This document shows positions 1 through 10,367 of a DNA stretch of 64,000 bases, piece by piece. The first letter of the stretch is position 1, and each line of letters begins with the position of its first letter. The translations under genes and the position numbers were made by a program. The notes beneath the pieces are model-generated. The model was not told the origin of the DNA and did no database searches. It saw nothing but the letters and a program-made list of their open reading frames with translations. The stretch comes from an uncultured Planctomycetia bacterium (lineage in GTDB: Bacteria; Omnitrophota; Gorgyraeia; Duberdicusellales; 4484-171), in the NCBI GenBank assembly GCA_964489445.1, contig CAZAYU010000004.1, forward strand, positions 189 to 64,188. The letters run 5' to 3'.

Positions 1-641
1 ACTTTTAACTTAACCCAATCATCTAAAAATTGTTTTATTCCGGCATCGGTTAACGGATGGTTCATTAGTTTTTCAATTACCGAAAATGGCACTGTAGCCA
101 CATCAGAACCAATGCGCGCTGATTCTAAAAAATGAATCGGGTTGCGAATTGATGCAGCAATTATTTGTGTAGAAATTCCGTAATTATCATAGATAAGGCG
201 AATATCACTTACTAAATTCATCCCTTCAGAAGATATATCGTCTAATCTTCCGATAAACGGAGAAACATATGTTGCCCCGGCTTTAGCTACTAACAAAGCT
301 TGAGACGGTGAAAAACAAAGAGTAAGATTAGTTTTTATTTCAATATCAGAAAGTACTCTGGTTGCTTTTAATCCTTCGACAGTGCAAGGGATTTTTATAA
401 CAATGTTTGAAGCAATTTTTATTAGCTCTTTTGCTTCATCAACCATCTTTTCACTGTCTAAAGCAGTTACTTCAGCGCTTACTGGCTGTTTAACAATCTC
501 ACATATCTTTTTAAGCTGAGTTTTAGGTTCACCGGCTTCTCTAGACAAAAGTGTAGGATTAGTAGTAACCCCGTCTAACACTCCGTAAGAGTGAGCTTTT
601 TTAATTTCTTCTAAATTAGCGGTATCGATGAATAACTTCAT
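1..641 (-). CDS. Transaldolase / fructose-6-phosphate aldolase family (short TalC/FSA type). Start codon at 639-641; the 3' end of the gene lies just beyond position 1.
   Basis: Manual minus-strand translation from the ATG at 639-641 (RBS GGAGGAG 6 nt upstream) reads [32 protein letters not shown]...[11 protein letters not shown]...[14 protein letters not shown]. This matches the N-terminus and Schiff-base lysine region of ~215-aa transaldolases. The frame is still open at nt 1, which explains why it is missing from the ORF track. Confidence 0.8.
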   Translation of the reverse strand, partial: MKLFIDTANLEEIKKAHSYGVLDGVTTNPTLLSREAGEPKTQLKKICEIVKQPVSAEVTALDSEKMVDEAKELIKIASNIVIKIPCTVEGLKATRVLSDIEIKTNLTLCFSPSQALLVAKAGATYVSPFIGRLDDISSEGMNLVSDIRLIYDNYGISTQIIAASIRNPIHFLESARIGSDVATVPFSVIEKLMNHPLTDAGIKQFLDDWVKLK

Positions 642-654
642 ATCTCCTCCTTCT

Positions 655-1554
655 TTATAGCTTTTCTTTAGCTAGCAAGGCAGCACCGATTATTCCTGGA
701 TTTTTAAGCTTGGCTCTTACTAATTTCAAACCATCCAGCTGAGTCCACATCGCTTGCTGCTTAATTGTCTGCCACACATATGGCTTAAATAATTTAAAGG
801 CGCCAGATACCCCGCCGCCAAAAATAATGACTTCCGGGTTAAATATATTTATCATGCCGGATAAGAATTTTCCCAAACTTTGGGAAAACTCTTTCCAAAC
901 AGTCAACGCTTCTTTTTCGCCACTTAATCCTCTCTGGAATATCTCTTTTACATCTTTAACTTTAGTTTTATTCTTTTTTAATTTACGATACCGCTTTAAA
1001 AGATACGAATTGCCAACATAAGTTTCAATGCAACCTTTTCCGCCGCAGCCACACTGCATTCCGCTTAAGCTTACAGGAACATGTCCTAACTCTCCTGAGC
1101 TTGTTTTTCCTTTTAAAATCTTATTGTCTAAGATTACTGCTCCCCCTAATCCAGTGCCCAGAGTTAAAAATATCCCTCTTGTCTTTCCCTTTCCTGCTCC
1201 GCAGCGACTTTCGGCTAAAGCAAATACATTTGCATCATTATCGATAAATACCGGCAATTTGAGCTTTTTTTGCAGAATATCCTTTAACGGATAATTTTCC
1301 CAGCCAGGAATATTCGGAAGATAATAAATAAATCCTTCTTCAACGTTTAACATTCCCGGAACCCCGATACCTATTCCCTGAATATTAAACTGCTTGAATT
1401 TATTAACCAGCGACTCTATTTCCTTTATAAAACTATCCTTATCTTTTAATTTATCCGAAGCATAGTTTATTTTCTTTATTATTTTACCATCAGAATTAAC
1501 TATACCGGCCTTGATATACGTTCCTCCCCAGTCAATACCTAAGAATACATTCAT
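655..1554 (-). CDS. ROK-family sugar kinase (glucokinase-like)
   Basis: N-terminal [13 protein letters not shown]-binding motif, GIGIGVPG, and the ROK zinc motif [12 protein letters not shown] in the 299-aa translation. Confidence 0.85.
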   Translation of the reverse strand: MNVFLGIDWGGTYIKAGIVNSDGKIIKKINYASDKLKDKDSFIKEIESLVNKFKQFNIQGIGIGVPGMLNVEEGFIYYLPNIPGWENYPLKDILQKKLKLPVFIDNDANVFALAESRCGAGKGKTRGIFLTLGTGLGGAVILDNKILKGKTSSGELGHVPVSLSGMQCGCGGKGCIETYVGNSYLLKRYRKLKKNKTKVKDVKEIFQRGLSGEKEALTVWKEFSQSLGKFLSGMINIFNPEVIIFGGGVSGAFKLFKPYVWQTIKQQAMWTQLDGLKLVRAKLKNPGIIGAALLAKEKL

Positions 1555-1724
1555 GCTTGTATATTCATCCTTTTAGACTGCTTATTTAAAATAATATTTT
1601 AACCTTTTTAAAGACGAAAAATGATTATACTATAAATTATACGCTATGTCTATTTTAGCTAATAATCCTCTCATTTCAATCAAAAAAGCAATAAATATCA
1701 TCTCTTTCTTGTGTGGATAATGCC

Positions 1725-2999
1725 TTATCCTTTAGGAAAAACTATGGTAAGCGTATCTTGGTTAAGAATAGTTTTAGCTTTTTTTGTATTAGCGTCAGCG
1801 GGCAAAGGAATAATATTGGAATAAAATTCATGGCTTTCTGTTGTATACAAATAGTTTTTGCTGCTTTCTTCTTTACTTACAGAGCGCACAGCGGAGATTA
1901 TAACCATTTCCTCTTTAATCTCAATGTTTACAGTATCCTTATCCAAATTGCTAATATCAACTTCTAAAACATATTCAGTGTCCTTATCCTGAATACCTAA
2001 GGCAGAATTATAAAAAGATTCCGAATCATTAGATTCCGTGTAACTTTCATGATCATAGTTAAAAATATTTTGGAAAAATTGATTTATTTCTTTTTCAGCT
2101 CTTTCTGCCTCAGCAGTTGAACCAGAATTATTTTCTTTAGACAATAAAGCTAAATGTGAATTATTCAAAGACTGAGAAGAGCTTTGCTTACTATTTATAT
2201 TTGATTCCTGATTTAAATAATTATCTAAACTTTCTCTTATATTCTCTACCGGAATCGCAAAGCCAATGCTTTGTGAATCTTGAACCACAGCAACATTAAT
2301 ACCGATAAGCTCACCATCAAGATTAAAAAGTGCTCCACCGCTATTGCCAGGATTAATGGGAGCATCGGTTTGAATAAGCTCCTTGCAAATAACATTACTT
2401 CCCGGAAGATATAGCTCTCTTTGTTTACCGCTGACTACTCCTACTGTAACTGAATTTTCTAACCCCAACGGATTTCCAATAGCAATTGCTGTTTCCCCAA
2501 TCATAATGTCTTGGGGCTTACCCAATTTAATTTCTTGAAGCGGATGAGGAGGGCTAATCTTAATAATCGCTAAATCCTGCTTTAAGTCTTCATAAACTAC
2601 CTCACCCTCGACAGAAACTCCATTACTTAAGATTACAAACACATCGCTGGCCATGTTTACAACATGGGCATTAGTAATAATGATTCCCCGGCTTTCTAAA
2701 ATTACTCCGGAGCCTACGCTTTTTAGCTTTAAAGCGTGTAAATAGCTATACCCACCAAAAAACTGCTCAAACAATAAATCAAACTCATCGCCATATCCTC
2801 CCCAATAGGGATTTTCCTGCAAAAGCACAATATGTTCGGTACTAATATTTACAACTGTCTCTGCGTTTTCCCGAACTACTTCGACAACCGGAGTCTGGCG
2901 CTGGCTCGCAAAAACATTAGAAATAAAACACGAACATCCAATTATAAACAGAAATAAAATAATAGAAATTCGACTAGGGTGTTTGATATTTAGCAGCAT
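1725..2999 (-). CDS. HtrA/DegP-like trypsin-fold serine protease fused to a C-terminal Hsp20/alpha-crystallin domain. The start is moved to the internal Met at 2999.
   Basis: N-terminal TM/signal (ISIILFLFIIGCSCF). Catalytic triad motifs TNAHVV, DLAIIKI and GNSGGALF. A Ser/Asn/Gln-rich linker follows. The C-terminal ~95 aa (YVLEVDISNLDKDTVNIEIKEEMVIISAVR...ESHEFYSNIIPLPADANTKKAKTILNQDTLTIVFPK) match the small-HSP alpha-crystallin pattern. The track ORF's first 23 codons overlap tRNA-Pro, so the start was placed at the Met at 2999. Confidence 0.75.
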   Translation of the reverse strand: MLLNIKHPSRISIILFLFIIGCSCFISNVFASQRQTPVVEVVRENAETVVNISTEHIVLLQENPYWGGYGDEFDLLFEQFFGGYSYLHALKLKSVGSGVILESRGIIITNAHVVNMASDVFVILSNGVSVEGEVVYEDLKQDLAIIKISPPHPLQEIKLGKPQDIMIGETAIAIGNPLGLENSVTVGVVSGKQRELYLPGSNVICKELIQTDAPINPGNSGGALFNLDGELIGINVAVVQDSQSIGFAIPVENIRESLDNYLNQESNINSKQSSSQSLNNSHLALLSKENNSGSTAEAERAEKEINQFFQNIFNYDHESYTESNDSESFYNSALGIQDKDTEYVLEVDISNLDKDTVNIEIKEEMVIISAVRSVSKEESSKNYLYTTESHEFYSNIIPLPADANTKKAKTILNQDTLTIVFPKG

Positions 3000-3009
3000 A
3001 TTTATAAAA

Positions 3010-3084
3010 TCGGGAAGGGCGGACTCGAACCGCCGACCTCTTCGTCCCGAACGAAGCGCGCTAGCCAAGCTGCGCTACTCCCCG
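3010..3084 (-). tRNA. tRNA-Pro (anticodon CGG)
   Basis: Hand-folded 75-nt cloverleaf on the minus strand. Acceptor CGGGGAG/CTTCCCG with C1-G72 (typical of bacterial tRNA-Pro). D-stem GCGC. Anticodon loop TTCGGGA gives anticodon CGG with G37. T-arm GGCGG-TTCGAGT-CCGCC. CCA is not encoded. Confidence 0.8.
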
Positions 3085-3136
3085 ATTAGATACAAGTTAC
3101 AAGGATAAAGGTAAAAGTAAAAAATAAAACCGCGCA

Positions 3137-3712
3137 TTATAACTTGCTCTTTTTAAGAAGATAATCAAATTCGACATTTAAAAAATTTCCCGGACGTTTT
3201 AATTTCAAAGTAGTATGCTCGTAAGTAAACGGAATAATATGAGTTTGAAACATTTTAGGAAAAACTTTTTTTACAGTAAGCGAAATGCCTTCTAAGGCAA
3301 CTGAACCATTGTCGGCAATATATTTTCTAAACGCCGACGGTAAATCTACACTTAACTGCCAATAGCTTCTTTTCTTAATTGCTGTTTTTAATTTTAGCTC
3401 TGCATCAACGTGTCCTAAAACAAAATGTCCACCTAGTTTATCACCTAAGTTTAACGCTGGCTCTAAATTTATTCGATCACCTTTTTTAAGGCGACTAGTA
3501 TTTGTGCTTTTAAGTGTTGAGGCTACTGCTTCAAAGAAAAGCAAATCCTTCTCCTTGTATATTAAGGTAAGGCAAACTCCATTTACCGATATGCTATCTG
3601 ACTTTTCTGATGTTTGAGCAATCAATGGCGCTTTTACCCCTAATTTTATTAAGGAATTAGCTCTGAGTATTTTCTCAACTGTTCCTATTTCTTTTACAAT
3701 TCCGGTAAACAT
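3137..3712 (-). CDS. ribE: Riboflavin synthase alpha subunit
   Basis: MFTGIV... N-terminus and two tandem lumazine-binding repeats (ISVNGVCLT / SVALEGISLT). Confidence 0.85.
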   Translation of the reverse strand: MFTGIVKEIGTVEKILRANSLIKLGVKAPLIAQTSEKSDSISVNGVCLTLIYKEKDLLFFEAVASTLKSTNTSRLKKGDRINLEPALNLGDKLGGHFVLGHVDAELKLKTAIKKRSYWQLSVDLPSAFRKYIADNGSVALEGISLTVKKVFPKMFQTHIIPFTYEHTTLKLKRPGNFLNVEFDYLLKKSKL

Positions 3713-3780
3713 AGCTTATTTTAACCCTAGTTATAAATATGAATTTTCTCAGATTATACCACCAAATAATCTCTTATGCC

Positions 3781-3820
3781 ACAGCAAAAACAAAACCCCG
3801 CACTTAGAGGAAGTGCGGGG
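3781..3820 (-). terminator. Rho-independent terminator downstream of the small K/A-rich ORF
   Basis: 10-bp perfect stem CCCCGCACTT/AAGTGCGGGG (3796-3805 and 3811-3820) with a 5-nt loop. On the minus strand it is followed by TTTTGTTTTTG. Confidence 0.65.
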
Positions 3821-3882
3821 TTAAATACTTACGATGTTATTTCTTTGACAATTAACTAAGATATTTCATCTTCGTTAATCTC

Positions 3883-3999
3883 TTATTTCTTTTTTTTCTT
3901 CGCTGCTACTTTTTTCTTCGGTGCTGCTCTTTTCTTCGCTACCACTTTTTTCTTTGGTGCTGCTTTTTTCTTCGCTGCTGCTTTTTTCTTAACTGCCAT
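3883..3999 (-). CDS. 38-aa lysine/alanine-repeat basic peptide, histone-H1-like/nucleoid-associated type. It is not in the ORF track.
   Basis: Manual translation gives MAVKKKAAAKKKAAPKKKVVAKKRAAPKKKVAAKKKKK. A perfect SD GGAGGTG lies 7 nt upstream of the ATG, and the strong terminator is 60 nt downstream. Confidence 0.55.
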   Translation of the reverse strand: MAVKKKAAAKKKAAPKKKVVAKKRAAPKKKVAAKKKKK

Positions 4000-4141
4000 C
4001 TAACACCTCCTTTATTTTATTCCCAACCTTATATAAATAACCTCTAACTATAATTTAACAAAATTATGCTAGATGTCAACAATTTTTCTGTTTTTTTTAT
4101 AAAAAAATTAAAAATATTTAGGAATGATATTTTTGAAATTT

Positions 4142-4507
4142 TTATTTCGGAGAAAATTTTATTTTTTTAGATTCTTTCCACAGATATTCCAAGTTATAAA
4201 ATTCTCTTGCCTCCTCAATAAAAATATGAAGAATCACATCGAAAAAATCAATAAGAATCCAATGAGACTCTTTGTCTTTTTCCAAGAAACTAATTCTGAT
4301 TTTTTCTTTTCGACTTAACCTTTGAACATTATCACAGATTGCTCTTACCTGCGCCGCTGACTCTCCGGAACAGATAATAAAATAATCACACAAACTGCTA
4401 ATTTCTGATACATCTAAAACAGTTATGTCTTTTGCCTGTTTATCTGAGGCAAACTGTGCTATTCTTAGCGCTATTTTACTATTAGATATTTCTTTTTTAG
4501 TATCCAT
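4142..4507 (-). CDS. rsfS: Ribosomal silencing factor RsfS (Iojap family)
   Basis: ...ITVLDVSEISSLCDYFIICSGESAAQVRAI... core motif of RsfS/Iojap. Overlaps the upstream peptidase gene by 11 nt. Confidence 0.8.
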   Translation of the reverse strand: MDTKKEISNSKIALRIAQFASDKQAKDITVLDVSEISSLCDYFIICSGESAAQVRAICDNVQRLSRKEKIRISFLEKDKESHWILIDFFDVILHIFIEEAREFYNLEYLWKESKKIKFSPK

Positions 4508-5765
4508 TGTTAACTATTTTCCTTATTTTTTCCTCAATCCCTTCATCGATATCACCCACGCAAGAAATACACATATTAGAAAATTTAAATATCGACTGCG
4601 CTATTTTTTTTAAATGTTGGGCATTGATAAGTTTAATCTTTTTCTTTATATCACTTAATAAATCTATCCTTCCTAAATTAATATAGCTTTGTGCGGCATA
4701 GAACATTCTTCCCCCCGGACGCTCCAAGCCCATAGTAACCTGACCCAAAAAATAATCTTTAGCTCGGGAAAGCTCTTTGTTCGAGACTTCTTTTTCTTTT
4801 ATTCTAGACAACTCATCCATTATCGTACGCAAGGCTATCAGTATTTTTCCTTTATCCAGCCCCACATGAATTACAAACGCTCCGCTGTCTTTATACTTTC
4901 GTAGCTCTGTAGAAACATCATAGCATAATGATTTTTTTTCTCTTAAGCTTTCAAACAACCGGCTACTCATGTTAGCACCTAAAATAATATTTATTAATTG
5001 AGCAGCTGTCTTATCTTTGCTTAGATAAGAAATACTTCTAAACCCAACACAAAGATGAGATTGATGAAGACTTTTTTTCTCGCATTTTATCTGTATTCCT
5101 TTTAACTCTACAGGTGCAACTGTTCTAAGCTTTACTCTGTTATTATTCGGAACAGTTTTTAATTTTAAAAAATCGCTAACTTCTTTTTTGCACGCTGCTC
5201 CGCTAAACGCAATCACTGTGTTAGAAGGAATATAGTATTTATTCTTAAAACTATTTAAATCATTTCTATTTATTTTATTTACAGTCGAATTATACCCGAT
5301 AATTTCTTCACCTAAAGGATGATTTTCCCAAAGCAACCTGTCTAAAAGCATAATAGCTCGAGGTGCCGGAAGATCATTATACATTTTTATTTCTTCTAAA
5401 ATTACCGTTCGTTCTTTGTTTATATCCGCAGTCTTTAAAAGCGGATTATACACCATATCTAAAAGAATATCTAATGTATACCTTAAATTTTTACTTAAAA
5501 AATTAGCATAATAAGCGGTTATCTCCTGAGAAGTAAACGCATTTAAATCTCCTCCCCGGCCTTCAACCTCCCGTTTTATCTGACGATGTGAATATTTTTT
5601 ACTACCCTTAAACAACATATGTTCTAAGAAATGGGCAATTCCCTTTACCGGCTTCTTTTCAAACCTAGACCCGATTCGCAAAAACACCCCCAAAGAAGCG
5701 CTTTCCATCCCTTGAAAAGGAGAAAAAATAAATGTTACTTTGTTTATAGTGTTTATTTCGTACAT
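4497..5765 (-). CDS. M16-family zinc peptidase (pitrilysin-like)
   Basis: Inverted zinc motif HFLEHMLFKGS near the N-terminus. 422 aa with two M16 halves. RBS GAGGTGG upstream. Confidence 0.8.
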   Translation of the reverse strand: MYEINTINKVTFIFSPFQGMESASLGVFLRIGSRFEKKPVKGIAHFLEHMLFKGSKKYSHRQIKREVEGRGGDLNAFTSQEITAYYANFLSKNLRYTLDILLDMVYNPLLKTADINKERTVILEEIKMYNDLPAPRAIMLLDRLLWENHPLGEEIIGYNSTVNKINRNDLNSFKNKYYIPSNTVIAFSGAACKKEVSDFLKLKTVPNNNRVKLRTVAPVELKGIQIKCEKKSLHQSHLCVGFRSISYLSKDKTAAQLINIILGANMSSRLFESLREKKSLCYDVSTELRKYKDSGAFVIHVGLDKGKILIALRTIMDELSRIKEKEVSNKELSRAKDYFLGQVTMGLERPGGRMFYAAQSYINLGRIDLLSDIKKKIKLINAQHLKKIAQSIFKFSNMCISCVGDIDEGIEEKIRKIVNNGY

Positions 5766-5868
5766 AACTGTCCACCTCTAAAGGTTAAAGGATAAAGGAT
5801 AAAGGATAAACAAAGATCATAGTTATTAGCTGATAGCTCGTAAATGATAGTAGATGATTACTTTTCTT

Positions 5869-6654
5869 TTATGCGCCACGTAAATATTTAACGTGGTTCT
5901 TCAACTTATTTAAAAAATCCTTTTGCTTGTAATTTTCGTCAATAAACTTTACGATTTCACTTCCGACAATCGCTCCATCACTAAACTTACTTATTTTAAT
6001 TACTTGCTCTCGGCTATGAATCCCAAACCCCACACATACCGGCAAAGTAGTCATTTTTTTAATATTATTTAGATGCTGTCTTACAGACACCAAATCCAAA
6101 TCATTAGCGCCAGTAATTCCGGTAACTGAAATATAGTAGATAAACCCTTTAGAATATTTAGCAATCTTATTTGCACGCTCAGAAGAAGTTACTGGAGTAA
6201 TAAAAAAAATTGTATCCATATTGTACTTGCCAGCCTCTTCTAAATAAATTTTGCCCTCTTCTACAGGCAAATCAACTATAGTAATTGCTGAAAAACCGAT
6301 TGTCTTCATTTTTTGAAAAAACTTATTTATTCCGTATTTATAAATCGGGTTATAGTAAGACATGATAACTACCGGTATTTTTATCAATTTTTTAATTTTA
6401 TCAAAGCTTTTAAAAAAAATGTCTTGGTTTACTCCTTTTTTAAGTGCTATAGAAGTTGCTCTTTGAATGATCGGGCCGTCAGCTAACGGATCGGAAAATG
6501 GTATTCCTATCTCAATAATATCCACCCCTGCTTCCTGAAGGGCTAAAAATATTTTACAGCTTAAATCAACATTAGGAAATCCAAACGGAATATAGGCAAT
6601 AAACGCCTTATTATTTTCTTTTGCCAGCTGTTTAAATTTATCTTTTAATCTCAT
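5869..6654 (-). CDS. trpA: Tryptophan synthase alpha chain
   Basis: TIM-barrel TrpA signature (IEIGIPFSDPLADGP, GFGI), directly downstream of trpB. Confidence 0.9.
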   Translation of the reverse strand: MRLKDKFKQLAKENNKAFIAYIPFGFPNVDLSCKIFLALQEAGVDIIEIGIPFSDPLADGPIIQRATSIALKKGVNQDIFFKSFDKIKKLIKIPVVIMSYYNPIYKYGINKFFQKMKTIGFSAITIVDLPVEEGKIYLEEAGKYNMDTIFFITPVTSSERANKIAKYSKGFIYYISVTGITGANDLDLVSVRQHLNNIKKMTTLPVCVGFGIHSREQVIKISKFSDGAIVGSEIVKFIDENYKQKDFLNKLKNHVKYLRGA

Positions 6655-6693
6655 GCTGTTGGATATTAATTAAAAATTACAAACTGTAACCTG

Positions 6694-7878
6694 TTATGTT
6701 TTATTTTTTCTTTTATAGCCTCTGACAATATCTAAATCTTTATCCCCTCTTCCGGAAAGACAAACTAACACTGTCGCTTTTGGTTTTTCTTTTGCTATTT
6801 TCTTTAAATAATAAATAGCATGTGATGACTCAAGCGCAGGAATTATTCCTTCTGTTTGAGAAAGCAAATTGAATCCTTCTATTGCCTGATCATCGCCCAC
6901 TGTAACATAAGATGCTCTTTTGGTAGTTTTATAAAAAGAATGCTCTGGGCCTACACCAGGATAGTCTAATCCCGGAGCTACAGAATGAGCACTGCTAATT
7001 TGGCCAAATTTATCTTGTAGGACATAGGAGCAAGACCCTTGAAACACTCCCGGCTGGCCCTTAGTCAGTGAAGCAGAATGAGAACTGTTTAAACCTAACC
7101 CGGCAGCTTCAACGCCGATAAATTTTACTGACTTATCGTTGAAGAAAGGATGAAACAAACCGATTGCATTACTTCCCCCGCCCACACAAGCCAATAGATA
7201 GTCGGGCAGCTTGCCTTCCTTCTTGATTATCTGGGCCCTTGACTCTTTGCCGATTACTATCTGAAAATCTCTGACAATCATCGGATACGGATGCGGTCCG
7301 ACCACTGACCCTAATAAATAATAAGTATCTCGGACATTAGTAACCCAGTCCCGAAAAGCTTCATTGCAAGCATCTTTTAGTGTTTGCGATCCACTTTCCA
7401 CCGGTATCACCCGTGCACCAAGCACCTTCATCCGAAATACATTCATACTTTGCCGTTTAATATCTTCCTTACCCATATAGATATCACACTGAAATCCCAT
7501 AAGCCTGGTTACTGTAGCTACTGCCACCCCATGTTGACCGGCTCCGGTTTCCGCAATGACTCGTTTTTTTCCCATAAATTTAGCCAAAAGAACTTGCCCT
7601 AACGCATTATTAATCTTATGTGCTCCGGTATGAAGCAAGTCTTCCCTTTTTAAGTAAATGTTTATTCCCAATAACTTGCTTAAATTACCCGCTGAATAAA
7701 GAATAGTCGGCCTACCAGCATATTCTTTGAGCAATCTTTTAAATTCATCATTAAATTTCCGACTATTTATTTCTTTTTTGTATGCTCTCTCTAATTGCTC
7801 TAAGCAAGCAGAAATAGTCTCAGGAATGTATCTTCCGCCAAAATTACTAAAATATCCTTGTTTATTAGGTACTTTCAT
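6694..7878 (-). CDS. trpB: Tryptophan synthase beta chain
   Basis: PLP-lysine motif HTGAHKINN and GGGSNAIG in a 394-aa product. Confidence 0.95.
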   Translation of the reverse strand: MKVPNKQGYFSNFGGRYIPETISACLEQLERAYKKEINSRKFNDEFKRLLKEYAGRPTILYSAGNLSKLLGINIYLKREDLLHTGAHKINNALGQVLLAKFMGKKRVIAETGAGQHGVAVATVTRLMGFQCDIYMGKEDIKRQSMNVFRMKVLGARVIPVESGSQTLKDACNEAFRDWVTNVRDTYYLLGSVVGPHPYPMIVRDFQIVIGKESRAQIIKKEGKLPDYLLACVGGGSNAIGLFHPFFNDKSVKFIGVEAAGLGLNSSHSASLTKGQPGVFQGSCSYVLQDKFGQISSAHSVAPGLDYPGVGPEHSFYKTTKRASYVTVGDDQAIEGFNLLSQTEGIIPALESSHAIYYLKKIAKEKPKATVLVCLSGRGDKDLDIVRGYKRKNKT

Positions 7879-8489
7879 TTAATTTTTTTTATAAAAGACG
7901 CCAACAGCTTCTCATCTTTTTTTCCGATAAATTTTTCAACACCACTAGCTACATCAACAGCATAAGGATTGATCTTTTTTATGCTTAAAATGTTACCCGG
8001 GTTAAGGCCACCGGAGATAATCACCCTTTTTTTCTGTTTAATAAAAATAGCTATCTCCTTTAAGGCTTGTTTAGATAACATTTTCTTTCCTTGCTGTTTA
8101 TCCTGATACTGGACATCGAATAAAAAAGCATCCACTTTATAATTATCAATACTAAGTTTAGATAACTTATCGTTAGGAAAAAATACTTTAATTACTTTAA
8201 ATCTTGAATTAAAAAAACGACAATACGAGGAAGACTCTTCTCCGTGAAATTGTAAAACATCAAGCTTTAAAAAAGAGGCAATTTCGGTTACTTCTTCTTT
8301 TTTTTGATTCAAAAAAACACCAACTTTAATTAAAAATGGATCCAGCGTATTAATAATCTTCTGCGCTGATTTTTTATTTATAAACCGAGGACTTCGATGA
8401 GAAAAAATAAACCCTAAAGCATCTGCGCCTAAATCTGCCGCTTTTAATGCATCTTCTGTATTAGTAATACCGCAAATTTTAACTTTCAT
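7875..8489 (-). CDS. trpF: Phosphoribosylanthranilate isomerase
   Basis: [11 protein letters not shown]-terminus. 204 aa. 4-nt overlap with trpB. Confidence 0.85.
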   Translation of the reverse strand: MKVKICGITNTEDALKAADLGADALGFIFSHRSPRFINKKSAQKIINTLDPFLIKVGVFLNQKKEEVTEIASFLKLDVLQFHGEESSSYCRFFNSRFKVIKVFFPNDKLSKLSIDNYKVDAFLFDVQYQDKQQGKKMLSKQALKEIAIFIKQKKRVIISGGLNPGNILSIKKINPYAVDVASGVEKFIGKKDEKLLASFIKKIK

Positions 8490-8515
8490 ATTATATGATT
8501 AAACCATCCCGCGAA

Positions 8516-9295
8516 TTAAACATCTACATGTAACTCTTGTATTCTCTCTGTAGGATTATCCGCCTTCATCAAAGTTTCCCCGACAAGTAAAGCATCGGCT
8601 CCCAGCCCTTTCAACAATAAAACATCTTTAAGGGAGTTAATTCCGCTTTCTGCTACTTTTATTACATCTTCAGGAACAAACGGCAATAGATTTTTAACCC
8701 GTTCTAAGCTGACTTGAAAAGTATGTAAATTACGGCTATTAATTCCAATGATATCCACGCCTATTTTGATGACTTTTTTCAATTCTTTTTCAGTATGTAC
8801 TTCAACTAACACATCCATTCCTAAATCTTTAGCAAAAGCATACAATTTTTTAACTTGCTCTTCATGGAGAATACCCATAATTAATAAAATCGCGTCAGCG
8901 CCAACAGCTCTGGACTCTAAAATCTGAACTTCATCAAATATAAAATCTTTTCTTAGTATTGGCAAATTAATTTTTTTGCGAATATCTTCAATATAACTAA
9001 TTTTCCCCAAAAAAAAGTCTTGTTCAGTTACAACAGAAATAGCATCAACTTTAGCTTTTTTAAAGCTATCAGCCAAATCTAAATGTGAAAAGTTTTTCCT
9101 CAGCACCCCTTTAGAAGGAGACGCTTGTTTTATCTCCGCAATAAACGAAATCTTTCCTTTTCTGTTGATTGCCTCTTTAAAAGATACAACCGGAGGGGCT
9201 TTCTTGACTAAAGAAATGAATCCTTCTCTATTTTTCTTTAAAATATTAACTTTTCTTTTTTTAGTCTCTACAATACTTAATAATATTTCGTGCAT
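8516..9295 (-). CDS. trpC: Indole-3-glycerol phosphate synthase
   Basis: IAEIKQASPSKG and ...ILLI... TIM-barrel IGPS motifs. Confidence 0.9.
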   Translation of the reverse strand: MHEILLSIVETKKRKVNILKKNREGFISLVKKAPPVVSFKEAINRKGKISFIAEIKQASPSKGVLRKNFSHLDLADSFKKAKVDAISVVTEQDFFLGKISYIEDIRKKINLPILRKDFIFDEVQILESRAVGADAILLIMGILHEEQVKKLYAFAKDLGMDVLVEVHTEKELKKVIKIGVDIIGINSRNLHTFQVSLERVKNLLPFVPEDVIKVAESGINSLKDVLLLKGLGADALLVGETLMKADNPTERIQELHVDV

Positions 9296-9319
9296 TTTAT
9301 CCTTTTGCTATCTTAATGT

Positions 9320-10366
9320 TTATTTTTTAGTTTTGTTAAGAAAACTTTTAAATTTTAAAAATGTATCATTAGCCTTGCCTTGATCAATCAATAAAGCAGC
9401 TGTTTTGGCCCCTTCTTTCAAATTAATCGCTTTACCTAAAATATAAAAACAAACAGCAGCATTAGCCAAAACAATATCCCGGGCCGGAGTCTTTTCACCT
9501 TTAAAAATACCACGGATAACTTTTGCACTTACCTTGGCATTTTTAACTAACAAGTCACTGACCTTGCACTTTTTTAAGCCAAAACTAGCCGGGCTTAAAG
9601 AAAGTTTGGTTATTCTTTTATTATTTAAAAAGGCAACATCAGTTTTTCCGCTAAGTGATACCTCATCCCCCAAATCTTTACTATACACTACAAACGCCTT
9701 CTTTGTTCCTAATCTTCTTAACACTTTCGCTAAGACAACTGTTAATTCCGGACTATACACACCCAATAGTTGATAATTGGCAAGTGCTGGGTTGCATAAT
9801 GGGCCCAAAACATTAAAGATAGTTCTCGTTCCGATATCTTTTCTCACCTCGGCTACTATTTTTAAAGCTGAGTGATACGCCGGAGCATAAAGAAACCCTA
9901 GATTAATTTTTCTAATCGCCTCTTCCATAAGCAAGGGGTTTGCTTGGAAATTAATTCCCATTGCTTCTAAAACATCAGCACTGCCACAGTTAGAAGACAT
10001 AGCCCGATTTCCGTGCTTAGCAACTTTTACTCCCGAAGCCGCCACCACAAATCCTGTTGCCGTAGAAATATTAAACTTATTAATTCCGGAACCACCGGTT
10101 CCACAGGTATCAATGATCGGCTGCTCTTTATCTTCTATCCCTAAAAATCCCTTTTTAACGTTAATTTTTAATGATTTATTTCTGATTACTGTTGCTGCCG
10201 CCCAAATTTCATCTTCCTTCTCTTCTTTCATCTTCAGGGCCGTTAAAAAAGCGGCAATTTGAGCATCACTGACTTTATGATTGAATATTTCTTCAAATAC
10301 TTCCTTTGCTTGAGCAAAAGATAAAGACTCTTTATTAACTAATTTTGCAATGGCTTGTTTAATCAT
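9320..10366 (-). CDS. trpD: Anthranilate phosphoribosyltransferase
   Basis: DTCGTGGSG P-loop-like motif characteristic of TrpD. 348 aa. Confidence 0.9.
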   Translation of the reverse strand: MIKQAIAKLVNKESLSFAQAKEVFEEIFNHKVSDAQIAAFLTALKMKEEKEDEIWAAATVIRNKSLKINVKKGFLGIEDKEQPIIDTCGTGGSGINKFNISTATGFVVAASGVKVAKHGNRAMSSNCGSADVLEAMGINFQANPLLMEEAIRKINLGFLYAPAYHSALKIVAEVRKDIGTRTIFNVLGPLCNPALANYQLLGVYSPELTVVLAKVLRRLGTKKAFVVYSKDLGDEVSLSGKTDVAFLNNKRITKLSLSPASFGLKKCKVSDLLVKNAKVSAKVIRGIFKGEKTPARDIVLANAAVCFYILGKAINLKEGAKTAALLIDQGKANDTFLKFKSFLNKTKK

Positions 10367-10367
10367 C

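Noticed and set aside
2997-3068. N-terminal 23 codons of the track ORF 1725..3068 (MASALRSGRRGRRFESALPDFIN...).
   Set aside because: This stretch is the reverse complement of the tRNA-Pro gene (3010-3084), with its arginine-rich translation coming from the GC-rich tRNA. The protease start was moved to the internal Met at 2999, which is followed by a proper signal/TM segment.
5792-5812. Tandem GGATAAA x3 upstream of the M16 peptidase gene.
   Set aside because: It is too short and degenerate to call a repeat element, and it is probably part of an AT-rich promoter/UP element.
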